IMG/VR virus record: IMGVR_UViG_3300033066_000802
Span: 90,612 to 154,611 of that record
Direction: 5' to 3' (one strand)
Source: a virus
Lineage: Duplodnaviria; Caudoviricetes
Length of the DNA stretch: 64,000 nt
Each line of letters begins with the position of its first letter. Position 1 is the stretch's first letter. Below the pieces are notes generated by a model. It did not search any database, had not been told where the DNA came from, and worked only from the letters and a program-made list of their open reading frames with translations. A program made the translations under genes and the position numbers. Shown one piece after another: positions 35,699-45,500 of the stretch.

Positions 35699-38600
35699 AT
35701 GACAGAATTTAGTGTACCTATTGAAACTATTGAACGATTTTTATCGGGACATGGTGAGGAAAAATATATTGTAAATGTTGAGTATGATATGAATACTAAT
35801 TTAATCTATAAGATTAAAGATGTACCAGGTCAAGGTATAACAATAGAAACCGAACCATTAAAAGCCTTTATGTGGATTAAAAACCTTAATGAGGTTAAAA
35901 AAATATGTCGTTTTTATGGTAATAATGATCTTTTGATTAAGAAAAAAATGACCGAATATGGTATTGAGATTAAAACATTACGTCATGATAATCACCCAAG
36001 ATTAGTACAGGGTTTTAATTACTTAGTTAAGTGTAACCAAGGTTATAAAAGAATGGTTGCATTCTTTTCCGATGGTGGTATCAATATTTATAATAAATAC
36101 GAAAAAAGAATTAACATCCCGTCATATTTTAATATCTTACCACCAGTTGAACAATACTTTATTGGTACAGGTAATAGATTATACAAAGGATTCGAATCTT
36201 ATGATGAAATTAACAAGTTTATATTTGACTTGGAAACCACAGGATTAGATCCAAATATAAATAAAATATTCCTTATTGGTATTAAAACAAATAAAGGTTA
36301 CGAGAAATTGATTGAATGTAATCTTGAAGATGAAGAATCTGAAAGACAAGGTATTATACAATTTTTTGATGAAATTAGTCAAGTTAAACCAGCAATCATA
36401 GCTGGATACAATAGTGCAAATTTTGACTGGTATTTTATCTTTAAAAGGTGTCAGGTACTTGGTTTAGATATTGAAACTATCGCAAAGACGCTTAAACCAG
36501 ATCAAAAAATATGGGTTCGAGAATCTATGCTTAAACTCGGAAATGAGGTTGAAACATATATCCAAACTAATATGTTCGGATATAGTATTATTGATATTAA
36601 TCACTCAACTCGTAGAGCGCAAGCTATTGATTCGGATATGAAGTATACGAAATTAAAATATGTGTGCAAATATAATGACGTAGCGAAACCTAATCGTGTA
36701 TATATTGATGGTGAGAATATAGGTAAATATTGGGAAAGTAATAATAAATTTTATTTTGATAATAAAAGTGGGTCTTATACTAAGACAATGCCACGTATTG
36801 AATATATGGATTTTATTACTCGTAAAATCGTGCAAGAAAACCCAGATAAAATATTCGTATTTGGTGATAATGACTTACGTGAAGGGTATGGTGGGCAAGC
36901 TAAAGAAATGCGTGGTGAAAAAAACACAATTGGTATCGTAACTAAGAAAGAGCCATTTTCAAATGAAGATTCTTATTACACAGATGATGAATTTGAATTA
37001 AATAAAAAGAAAATTAATATTGATATTAAAAATATCATTAATGAAATTAAAAAAGGTAAAACCATCGTATTTCCAACTAACGGAATAGGTACTGGTTTAG
37101 CTAAATTAAAAGAAAAGGCACCAAAAACATATAAATTTCTTCAGGGTTCCATTAACGCATTAAAAATGTACGCTGAAAGTTATATTGAGTGCAATGGGAA
37201 ATATATTGTTGAGCGCTATCTTATGGATGACCTTTGGGAAACATTAGAAGTTGATAATATATATAACCAATCTTCATTTATGTTGGCTAAGTTGATTCCA
37301 ACAACATATCAACGTGTATCTACAATGGGTACCGCTGGTTTATGGAAAATGTTGATGCTAACCTGGTCATACGAAAATGATCTCGCAATTCCAATACCTG
37401 ATACTAAACGTGACTTCGTTGGTGGTTTATCTCGCTTATTTAAAGTTGGGTTCTCAAAGATACTCAGAAAGATGGACTATTCATCACTGTACCCATCAAT
37501 TCAATTAGCACATGATGTATTCCCAACCTGTGACATATCTCATGTATTGAAGTCTTTCTTAAAATATTTCCACTCTGAACGATTCAAAGCTAAAAACTTA
37601 GCTAAGAAATATGGTAAAGCTGGTGATAAACAAATGAAGAGTTTCTATGAGAGAAAACAACTACCACTGAAGATATTCATCAACTCAATGTTTGGTGCCC
37701 TTGGTGCGCCAAATGCATTCCCTTGGGCTGAAATGGATGTTGCAGAAGGTATTACGACCAGAGCAAGACAATACCTAAGAGCTATGGTTAAATTCTTTAT
37801 GAGGTATGGTTATGATCCACTTGTACTTGATACCGATGGTGTAAACTTTATGGCACCTAAAGGTGGAGAACATTTTACTTATATTGGTCTTGGAAATAAT
37901 GAGGCAGTTGAGGCTGGTAAAACATATACTGGTGTTGAAGCTGTAATCGCTGAGTTTAATGATTTGTATATGAAAGGTGAAATGGCTTTAAGTTTAGACG
38001 GTACTTGGCCCTCAACTATTAATTTAGCAAGAAAAAATTATGCAATGTTAGAGGATAGTGGTAAAATTAAATTAACGGGAAATACCATAAAATCTAAAAA
38101 AATGCCTGTATACATTGAAGAATTTATTGATAAAGCAATGATATTACTTTTAAATGAAAAAGGTGCTGAATTTGTAGATTATTATAATGATTATGTGAAA
38201 AGAATCTATTGTAAAGCCATACCTCTTGCCAAAATAGCGACAAAAGCCAGGGTAAAAAAGAGTATACAACAATATGTTAATCGTGGTTTAAATAAAAATG
38301 GGAAACCATTACCTAAACAAGCTCATATGGAATTAGTGTTACTGAATAATATGAGTGTTAACCTTGGCGATACCTTATTATATGTAAATACGGGTACGAA
38401 AGCATCACATGGTGATGTAAAAATGGATAAAACTGGTAAAATATATGCGAGTCTAATTAAATCCGATGATCTTGAACAAAGACCAGATATGTTAGGTGAT
38501 TATAATGTAGCCAAATATTTAGATATGTTCAATAAGAGAATTAAACCACTTTTAGTTGTTTTTTCAGAGGATGTTAGAAAAGGTTTGATTATTAAAAACC

Positions 38601-38812
38601 CAGCCGATAAGAAAGATTGGTTGAATAATGAACTTAATATGATTAATGGTGTACCTTACAAGGAAGCTGATCAAGATACTATTGAAGAATTGTTTACCCC
38701 ATCAGATCTTGAAAAAGCTTATTGGGCTAAATTTGATTATGAACCAGATATCTGGTTCCAAGAAAATATATTATTTACTGTTCCAGGGTTAGGAAAAACT
38801 GTTCCCATCTAA
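35699..38812 (+). CDS. polB: family B DNA polymerase with an inserted macro-like domain
   Basis: ExoI FDLETTG, ExoII GYNSANFDW, ExoIII YLMDD; region A DYSSLYPS, B KIFINSMFG, C DTDG, KNYA. Confidence 0.95.
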   Translation: MTEFSVPIETIERFLSGHGEEKYIVNVEYDMNTNLIYKIKDVPGQGITIETEPLKAFMWIKNLNEVKKICRFYGNNDLLIKKKMTEYGIEIKTLRHDNHPRLVQGFNYLVKCNQGYKRMVAFFSDGGINIYNKYEKRINIPSYFNILPPVEQYFIGTGNRLYKGFESYDEINKFIFDLETTGLDPNINKIFLIGIKTNKGYEKLIECNLEDEESERQGIIQFFDEISQVKPAIIAGYNSANFDWYFIFKRCQVLGLDIETIAKTLKPDQKIWVRESMLKLGNEVETYIQTNMFGYSIIDINHSTRRAQAIDSDMKYTKLKYVCKYNDVAKPNRVYIDGENIGKYWESNNKFYFDNKSGSYTKTMPRIEYMDFITRKIVQENPDKIFVFGDNDLREGYGGQAKEMRGEKNTIGIVTKKEPFSNEDSYYTDDEFELNKKKINIDIKNIINEIKKGKTIVFPTNGIGTGLAKLKEKAPKTYKFLQGSINALKMYAESYIECNGKYIVERYLMDDLWETLEVDNIYNQSSFMLAKLIPTTYQRVSTMGTAGLWKMLMLTWSYENDLAIPIPDTKRDFVGGLSRLFKVGFSKILRKMDYSSLYPSIQLAHDVFPTCDISHVLKSFLKYFHSERFKAKNLAKKYGKAGDKQMKSFYERKQLPLKIFINSMFGALGAPNAFPWAEMDVAEGITTRARQYLRAMVKFFMRYGYDPLVLDTDGVNFMAPKGGEHFTYIGLGNNEAVEAGKTYTGVEAVIAEFNDLYMKGEMALSLDGTWPSTINLARKNYAMLEDSGKIKLTGNTIKSKKMPVYIEEFIDKAMILLLNEKGAEFVDYYNDYVKRIYCKAIPLAKIATKARVKKSIQQYVNRGLNKNGKPLPKQAHMELVLLNNMSVNLGDTLLYVNTGTKASHGDVKMDKTGKIYASLIKSDDLEQRPDMLGDYNVAKYLDMFNKRIKPLLVVFSEDVRKGLIIKNPADKKDWLNNELNMINGVPYKEADQDTIEELFTPSDLEKAYWAKFDYEPDIWFQENILFTVPGLGKTVPI

Positions 38813-38854
38813 TTTTAATCTATTTTCTGATATTTATAATAAATACAATTATAA

Positions 38855-39403
38855 ATGTCAAAAAATAATATAAAAGAGGTTTCGAGTATTGATTTTTTAA
38901 CATCAGGTTCGAAAGTTCCACCAAATATTGACCCAAAGACGACATCCAGTGTAACATCAGATAAAATGATGCGTATGGTGGCGCAACCGTATGTCTTCGC
39001 TAACTATAGAAGATATTATGGTGAGGCGGTACTACCATATAATGAAGAAGCTGATAAAAATAAAGATAAACCTGAGCATTTCTATAAATTTCTTAAAGAA
39101 GTTGGTGCTGAAAAAACATTTGAAAAATATTTTACAGATGAAAAACCAGTAGATACCAAATTAAAAGAAATAGCTAAAGCTAAAGCTATTGACATCATTG
39201 AGGATATATTAACAAAAAAACAAATATATGATGATGTTTTCAATAAAGTTAACCCAGATAATTTACCAACCATTGATGAGGTTAAGGGTAAAAATAAGTT
39301 AATTTTCGGTCAATTAGATAAGATACTTGAATTTGCAAAAAATAATCTGGATAGCTCGGAAAAGAAGTTAATTTTATCATATATACAAGAAAATCTAATA
39401 TAA
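38855..39403 (+). CDS. hypothetical protein (late, possibly head-associated)
   Basis: 182 aa; GATATTTAT upstream at 38829-38837. Confidence 0.7.
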   Translation: MSKNNIKEVSSIDFLTSGSKVPPNIDPKTTSSVTSDKMMRMVAQPYVFANYRRYYGEAVLPYNEEADKNKDKPEHFYKFLKEVGAEKTFEKYFTDEKPVDTKLKEIAKAKAIDIIEDILTKKQIYDDVFNKVNPDNLPTIDEVKGKNKLIFGQLDKILEFAKNNLDSSEKKLILSYIQENLI

Positions 39404-39876
39404 TGGCTAATGCGAAATTAAGAGGAACACAGTTCGTCATACCGAAAAAGTTATATTTAACATTATCGAATATTTTAAGAAAATATTCAGATATGTCGGG
39501 TAATGCTGGATTTAAACGATTAAATTTCCTTATTAATAATCGTCAATGTAGTTATGAACAGATGAAACGTATTAAAAATTACTTCGATCATTACGACCCA
39601 AATAACGGTGATGAGATTCAATATGAATTAAATGGTGGTCAAGCAATGAAAAATTGGGTAAATTTTACATTGGATCAGGCGAGAAAAAGTGTGGAAAATA
39701 CTAAAATACATAATACTAACGCTGGGTTAACTAATCAATTTAATCGGGCACCTGAACAAGATTTGGTAGCAGCCGCAATGCCACCAAAAATTAGAAAATA
39801 CCCAGATATATTAACAAATAGTCCTTTAATGGAACAAATAAATAAAATAAAAACATTGATAAACAAACTTGATTAA
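39403..39876 (+). CDS. hypothetical head-associated protein
   Basis: 157 aa; MKRIKNYFD...LNGGQAMKNW motif as seen in phage head-associated domains; C-terminal LMEQINKIKTLI. Confidence 0.55.
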   Translation: MANAKLRGTQFVIPKKLYLTLSNILRKYSDMSGNAGFKRLNFLINNRQCSYEQMKRIKNYFDHYDPNNGDEIQYELNGGQAMKNWVNFTLDQARKSVENTKIHNTNAGLTNQFNRAPEQDLVAAAMPPKIRKYPDILTNSPLMEQINKIKTLINKLD

Positions 39877-40121
39877 TGGAAACTTACGATAATTTATCAG
39901 GTCCTTTAGGTAGGACACCAGCCGCTGAACAATTAAGAAATACAGCCGCAACTCAAGAAGCTACACTTGAAGCTATAAATAAATTCAAGGAAAATTCTAA
40001 CGAATATAGTGCTATAAATAAAGAAGTTGTCGATAATATTGATATCGACAGTAAATATTGGGCACCAAATTCTGCGGTAAACTATTACCGTATAGATAAT
40101 CAATATAAATCACCAGAATAA
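39876..40121 (+). CDS. hypothetical protein
   Basis: 81 aa, TAATG-coupled to the upstream gene. Confidence 0.7.
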   Translation: METYDNLSGPLGRTPAAEQLRNTAATQEATLEAINKFKENSNEYSAINKEVVDNIDIDSKYWAPNSAVNYYRIDNQYKSPE

Positions 40122-40139
40122 CTTTACAATTAAGTTAAT

Positions 40140-40892
40140 ATGCTTATAATTGAGAACTTAGGGGGTATCGATAAAGAAGAAGCGATAAGGAATGCTATAG
40201 AAAATGGCTACACTATCACTTTTTACTATATGGGTAAAGATTATGAAGAAAGGAAAAAACGTGGAGAAAAACCCAAAGCTAATTATAGGCGTGTTGAACC
40301 ATTTGCATTAGGTAAAACAAAAGAAGGTAATAGTATATTAAGAGGATTTCAATACGCTGGAGCAACAAATAGTAAAAATGGTGTATATAAAACATTTAGA
40401 CTTGACCAAATTAAAGGTAACGTAATTAATGTTTATGATAGCCAAGGTAAAACTATAAGGTCTTTTGAACCAAGAACATATAAAGAAAAAAGGGTATATA
40501 AAGATGGTAGTGTTAGATATGTTGATGCATCTTACCGTGAAGATGGTACAGATAAAAAAATGAAAGGTGGGGTAAACAAGTATTTTGATGTTGATCGTGA
40601 GAATTTGGTGGACATACCAACCAAACAAGTTCAACAAAAAGAACCAGAACCAACTGTTAATGAACCAGTTAAACCTAAAATCAATCAACCAGCACCAAAA
40701 CAAATAGTAAAACCATTACAACAAAAAGAACCCGAACCAAATTTACCAGATGATAAAATGGGTGATTTGGAACGGTTAAATAAAATAACTCAAGATCAGA
40801 ATGAATATACCGCAGATGATGAAATTGAACTTGCGGAAAATGTTAGTTCTGGTTTTTTAAAATGGCTATATAAATTATATGAATCAAGATAG
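40140..40892 (+). CDS. WYL-domain protein with Pro/Gln-rich tail
   Basis: AIENGYTITFYY...RRVEPFALG...LRGFQ...KTFRLDQI; QQKEPEP repeated twice. Confidence 0.8.
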   Translation: MLIIENLGGIDKEEAIRNAIENGYTITFYYMGKDYEERKKRGEKPKANYRRVEPFALGKTKEGNSILRGFQYAGATNSKNGVYKTFRLDQIKGNVINVYDSQGKTIRSFEPRTYKEKRVYKDGSVRYVDASYREDGTDKKMKGGVNKYFDVDRENLVDIPTKQVQQKEPEPTVNEPVKPKINQPAPKQIVKPLQQKEPEPNLPDDKMGDLERLNKITQDQNEYTADDEIELAENVSSGFLKWLYKLYESR

Positions 40893-41778
40893 ACAAGAAA
40901 AATTAGACTTCATTGCTCAAAGTATATCACGAGCAAAACAAGTTATGGATAAGGTTCATGAAAAATATGACAGGAACTCAACAACTGGTAACAATACTAA
41001 ACAACCAGGTAGAAGAAGTTATTCAGAAGCTGATTATACAACTCAAGCTGATAATACAGCACAGTATTTAAGCCCAGAACAACTAATGGAGATTCAAAAT
41101 AGTAGAATGGGTGCGGAATCTTATGCTCAAGCACCTGGGTTACCACCTAATTTTGCACAACCACAACAACAAAGACCCGTCATGCAACAACCACAATTAC
41201 CAGCTGGTCGTTATCCACGTGAAATAACAAGTGAAAATTATAATATGTATGATGACCCTACTGATCGTGAAAGACCATTACCATTTCCTGATGCGAGTCA
41301 ATATCAAAGTCAGATAAATCAGCATATGGGTCAACCACAACCACAACAACCTCAGTATCGACCATACAAAAACTTAAATAGTTCGAAAATGCCTAAAGAA
41401 ATATTAGAATCTTTCTTACAAAAACCAATGATAGATCCTACACAACCAATAGGTATGGAACAACTTTTTCAAAAAGTCGCACAACCGCCGCAACAACAAC
41501 AACCACAACAATATCAGCAACCGATACCACAATATCAACCACCAGCACAGCCATATTATGCACCACAACCAGCACCAATAAATGAAAGTGTCGCACCTTC
41601 GAGTGGCATGGATATTAAATTATTGGAATATGTTATTAAAAAAACTGTTGAGGAAACATTGAAACAGGTTAGCAAACAAACTAATATTAATGAAAACATC
41701 CAAATTAAGATCGGTGATCAAACATTTGGTGGTACAATAAAAACACTAAAAAAAATAGCAACAACCACAAAAAAATAA
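40879..41778 (+). CDS. Gln/Pro-rich low-complexity protein
   Basis: 299 aa; SKMPKEILESFLQKP core; C-terminal IQIKIGDQTFGG. Confidence 0.75.
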   Translation: MNQDRQEKLDFIAQSISRAKQVMDKVHEKYDRNSTTGNNTKQPGRRSYSEADYTTQADNTAQYLSPEQLMEIQNSRMGAESYAQAPGLPPNFAQPQQQRPVMQQPQLPAGRYPREITSENYNMYDDPTDRERPLPFPDASQYQSQINQHMGQPQPQQPQYRPYKNLNSSKMPKEILESFLQKPMIDPTQPIGMEQLFQKVAQPPQQQQPQQYQQPIPQYQPPAQPYYAPQPAPINESVAPSSGMDIKLLEYVIKKTVEETLKQVSKQTNINENIQIKIGDQTFGGTIKTLKKIATTTKK

Positions 41779-41782
41779 ACAT

Positions 41783-41965
41783 ATGAATCAGACAATCACA
41801 TTTTGTAAAAACAAATGTTGCCCAGTAATCGAAGTTCACGAAAATAAAATCGTGTTGGGTGACGCTGAAGGACCTGAAGGTATAACAACCTGGACAAGGA
41901 ATAATTTTAAGGATTTTGTTGAAGCCGCTAAAAACGGAAAATTTGATGAAATTGTTAAAGATTAG
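41783..41965 (+). CDS. small DUF397-like protein
   Basis: CKNKCCPVIEV...FKDFVEAAKNGKFD. Confidence 0.5.
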   Translation: MNQTITFCKNKCCPVIEVHENKIVLGDAEGPEGITTWTRNNFKDFVEAAKNGKFDEIVKD

Positions 41966-41987
41966 TTATTAACATCATTTTTTAAAT

Positions 41988-42014
41988 AAAAGTCCGTAAA
42001 TTACGGACTTTTTT
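41988..42014 (+). terminator. intrinsic terminator (potentially bidirectional)
   Basis: aaaAGTCCGTAA-a-TTACGGACTttttt inverted repeat with flanking A and T runs. Confidence 0.85.
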
Positions 42015-42076
42015 GTTTTATTTGAAAACAATACTTGTTTTCATCATATTTTTTTATTACTTTTATAAAAAAAAAG

Positions 42077-43309
42077 ATGAGTCAATTTAAATTATTAGTT
42101 GCTCCAGGTGATAATGCTGGTAGTGGTAAATATAGATGTTTAGATCCACATATAAAATTACAAGAAAACCATTCTGATAAATTTTTTGTTGAAATTAACA
42201 ACAATATAAATTTTACTGATGTAGAATATTTGAAAAAATTCGATGCTATATTTATACATAGAGTACCACAACACGATTACAAAAACGCTATTGCTATCAT
42301 AACAAATCTAAAAAAACTTGGGTTAAAAGTTATTATAGATACGGATGACTATTGGCATCTCGATCCATCACATGGGTCATATACACAAGTAAAGAAAGAG
42401 GGTATCCCACAAATCTTAATTAATTGTCTTAAAATGGCTGACTTAGTTACCGTTCCAACGGAAATTTTAGCTAAAGAGGTTAGGGTATTAAACCCAAACG
42501 TATTTGTAATACCAAACGCTATTAATCCAGATGAAGAACAGTTTAAACCAAAACCAGTTAAAAGTGATCGAGTAAGGATAGGTTGGTTAGGTGGTAGTTC
42601 ACACATAAAAGACTTAAATCTTATAACAGGATTATCTGCCTTGGGTACCCATCAATATAGAGATAAATCACAAATAGTTCTTTGTGGATTTGATACACGT
42701 GGAAGTGTTAGGGAGTTAAATCAAGCTACAGGTGAAATTAAAGAAAGACCAATGAACCCAACTGAAACTGTTTGGTTTATGTATGAGTTATTCTTAACAG
42801 ACAACTATAGAATGTTTCAGGACAATGTTGAATATATGAGGTTCTTAGCACAATTCAAAGAGGATAGTAGTTACGATGACTCTAATCAAATATATAGAAG
42901 AGTTTGGACTAAACCAATAGAAACATACGCTAAAAACTATAATTTATTTGATGTATCTTTAGCTCCACTGGAATCAACTAAATTTAACCTATATAAATCG
43001 CAATTGAAAGTTATAGAATCTGGATTCCATAAAAAGGCGTTAATTGCACAAAATTACGGCCCTTATACAATTGATCTTGTAAGCGCTATTAAACCAGGTG
43101 GTGAAATTGACCCTAAAGGTAATTGTTTACTTGTTGATTCAAATAAAAACCATAAATTGTGGGCTAAATACGCAAAAAGGTTAATTGATAACCCAGAATG
43201 GGCGAAGGAACTTGGTGAGAAATTATACGAAACTGTAAAAGATAAGTATAATTTAAATAATGTAACAAAAACAAGATCAGAAATATATTATAATTTATTA
43301 AATAAGTAA
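42077..43309 (+). CDS. glycosyltransferase, GT-B fold (GT4-like)
   Basis: ATG 42077; IDTDDYW, RIGWLGGSSHIKDL, DVSLAPL...FN..KSQLKVIESG. Confidence 0.88.
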   Translation: MSQFKLLVAPGDNAGSGKYRCLDPHIKLQENHSDKFFVEINNNINFTDVEYLKKFDAIFIHRVPQHDYKNAIAIITNLKKLGLKVIIDTDDYWHLDPSHGSYTQVKKEGIPQILINCLKMADLVTVPTEILAKEVRVLNPNVFVIPNAINPDEEQFKPKPVKSDRVRIGWLGGSSHIKDLNLITGLSALGTHQYRDKSQIVLCGFDTRGSVRELNQATGEIKERPMNPTETVWFMYELFLTDNYRMFQDNVEYMRFLAQFKEDSSYDDSNQIYRRVWTKPIETYAKNYNLFDVSLAPLESTKFNLYKSQLKVIESGFHKKALIAQNYGPYTIDLVSAIKPGGEIDPKGNCLLVDSNKNHKLWAKYAKRLIDNPEWAKELGEKLYETVKDKYNLNNVTKTRSEIYYNLLNK

Positions 43310-43312
43310 AAT

Positions 43313-43894
43313 ATGCAAGGAAAAGAAAAATTTTTAGAGATTGTAAAAAAATACAATGTCTGCTCTGACTCACTTTTAGAGTTCTTAGAAACATCAGGCT
43401 TTTATAATGCCCCAGCATCAACTGTTACCACACTGCATAATGCATTTGAAGGCGGTTTAGTTGATCACTTAATAACTTTAACCAGAAGAACAATTATGGT
43501 TAACGAACTTAATGCTAAACTCGACCCAAGGCACAAATGTGACCCAAATAGTGTTGCAAGAGTATCACTTTTACATGGTATAGGTAGAGCATTGCTTTAT
43601 AAACCAAACCCAAGCGAATGGCATAGGAAGAACTTAGGTAAGATGTACGAGTTCAATGACAAACTTGTGTCAATGACACCTGGCGAAAGGTCATTGTATT
43701 ACATACAGAAGTATGGTGGTGATATGACTTTAACAGATGTTGAGTACCAGGCAATACTGGGTGCTGAAAAAGATATAGCGAATGATGATGCTGCAAAGTG
43801 GCACTCTGAATCATTAACTGTATTATTAAGGCAACAAATCGAATGGGCTATTTCAACTGAAAAACTTGATTATCTCGAAAAGAATGGAAAATAA
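43313..43894 (+). CDS. HD-domain protein (YhaM-like), degenerate HD
   Basis: FYNAPAS...HNAFEGGLVDH...LLHGIGR. Confidence 0.75.
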   Translation: MQGKEKFLEIVKKYNVCSDSLLEFLETSGFYNAPASTVTTLHNAFEGGLVDHLITLTRRTIMVNELNAKLDPRHKCDPNSVARVSLLHGIGRALLYKPNPSEWHRKNLGKMYEFNDKLVSMTPGERSLYYIQKYGGDMTLTDVEYQAILGAEKDIANDDAAKWHSESLTVLLRQQIEWAISTEKLDYLEKNGK

Positions 43895-44117
43895 CTTTAC
43901 TAAAAAATTACTGGAAAAAAGACCAGAGTATGATATAAGGATCGAACCTTTTGTCCATCCATTGGATAAAAAAAGAGATTATATAACATTATACATCAAT
44001 AACGAACCAACAAAAATCGTGTTGGATAAATCAGAATTAGAATCTGAAAATCCATCTGCGATAAATGAGTTGACAGACATTGTAATTGATTATATCGAAA
44101 AATATAATAAAGAATAA
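43884..44117 (+). CDS. hypothetical protein
   Basis: ATG 43884 overlapping the upstream stop. Confidence 0.65.
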   Translation: MENNFTKKLLEKRPEYDIRIEPFVHPLDKKRDYITLYINNEPTKIVLDKSELESENPSAINELTDIVIDYIEKYNKE

Positions 44118-44118
44118 T

Positions 44119-44661
44119 ATGAATGATATAGAACTTTTTAATCAAGAAATTGATAAAATGCTGGATACAGCAAATGGATTATTAAAAGATTGGCAATATG
44201 TTGACGGTGTGATGAAACTCAGAATTAAATTCATCAACAAATCACAAAACCCAAACCCAACTTATGCTAAGGATGGTGATAGTGGTTTTGATTTAAGAGC
44301 CAACTTAACCGAATATGTAATTTTAGAACCAGGTGAAAGGGTGTTAATACCTACAGGTTTATTCTTTCAAATACCCGAAAATTTTGAATTACAGGTTAGA
44401 TCACGTAGCGGTTTAGCTTTAAAAAATGGTGTAATGGTACTGAACTCCCCAGGTACTGTTGATTCTGGTTATAGGGGTGAGGTTGGTGTTATATTGTATA
44501 ATACCTCAAAGGATAATTTTACAATCAATAATGGTGATAGAATTGCACAGGCTGTAATAGCCCCAGTTCAAACGTTAGCAAATACGGTTTTCGTTAAATC
44601 GGACACACTGGATTCAAGTGAGCGTGATTCAACAGGTTTTGGTAGTAGTGGTATAAAGTAA
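44119..44661 (+). CDS. dut: dUTPase (trimeric)
   Basis: SGFDLRA, RSRSGLA, GTVDSGYRGE, GDRIAQ, RDSTGFGSSG. Confidence 0.97.
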   Translation: MNDIELFNQEIDKMLDTANGLLKDWQYVDGVMKLRIKFINKSQNPNPTYAKDGDSGFDLRANLTEYVILEPGERVLIPTGLFFQIPENFELQVRSRSGLALKNGVMVLNSPGTVDSGYRGEVGVILYNTSKDNFTINNGDRIAQAVIAPVQTLANTVFVKSDTLDSSERDSTGFGSSGIK

Positions 44662-44670
44662 AATAATAAA

Positions 44671-45204
44671 ATGTTTAAAATTAAGTATTACAATCAACGC
44701 AGATGTTCTGGAAAAACATCGGATCTGATTAATATGTTTTGTATGAACCCAGAAGATTCATTCTATATAACATATAGTGTTGAAGAGAAAAAACGTGTTA
44801 GGGATTTAGTTGATTCAAAATACCATAAAAGGGTTATAATGCATAATAATTTACCTATTTGTGGTTTCTCAATAAAGAAATTATTTATTGATGAGTATGA
44901 CTTCATCAAAGATAAGGCTAAGTTTTCGTATATGGTATTACCTATGTTAACTGAAGATGCTGAAATTATAATTAAGACAACACCAAGTAAGGTATATAAA
45001 AAACAAAACTTAGCGATAGCTCAGTTACTACACTTTAAACCTAATTATAATTTGTCTTATCTATCTGAAGAAGATAATATAGAAGTCAATGAGTTAAAAG
45101 TTAGTTTAATAAGTCACCCAAATTGTAAGGTTTACGATTCATCATTAATAAAGTACGGTGATTATTATACAAAGTGTGAAATAAATGGGGAAATGTTTGA
45201 ATAA
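44671..45204 (+). CDS. small P-loop NTPase-like protein
   Basis: RRCSGKT Walker A and LFIDE Walker B. Confidence 0.6.
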   Translation: MFKIKYYNQRRCSGKTSDLINMFCMNPEDSFYITYSVEEKKRVRDLVDSKYHKRVIMHNNLPICGFSIKKLFIDEYDFIKDKAKFSYMVLPMLTEDAEIIIKTTPSKVYKKQNLAIAQLLHFKPNYNLSYLSEEDNIEVNELKVSLISHPNCKVYDSSLIKYGDYYTKCEINGEMFE

Positions 45205-45500
45205 TGGAATGTTTTGAACAACAAATAAAACTCTATAAACGAGTGACAGCCGACATATATGATCAAATAACATTTAAACGTGTGTGGTCAGGTGATATAA
45301 TTCAGGTTGGTGATAAAGTACTTTACGCATACGCCTTTGATCCAGAAGATGATGGTTTAAAGTTATTATCGGTTCTCGAAAGAGAATTAAATATGATTGC
45401 GAAAAAATTTGATTTCGTTGGGTATAAAGACAACATAATACCAGTTTTAAAATTCAAAACAGATGGAAAGAAAAGGGAATATTCAGATAAAAAAGATTAG
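45204..45500 (+). CDS. hypothetical protein
   Basis: 98 aa, TAATG-coupled. Confidence 0.65.
   Translation: MECFEQQIKLYKRVTADIYDQITFKRVWSGDIIQVGDKVLYAYAFDPEDDGLKLLSVLERELNMIAKKFDFVGYKDNIIPVLKFKTDGKKREYSDKKD

Noticed and set aside
36788-37165. Polymerase insertion as an intein or intron
   Set aside because: No N-terminal Cys/Ser block A, no terminal HN/C, and the frame is uninterrupted; better explained as a domain insertion
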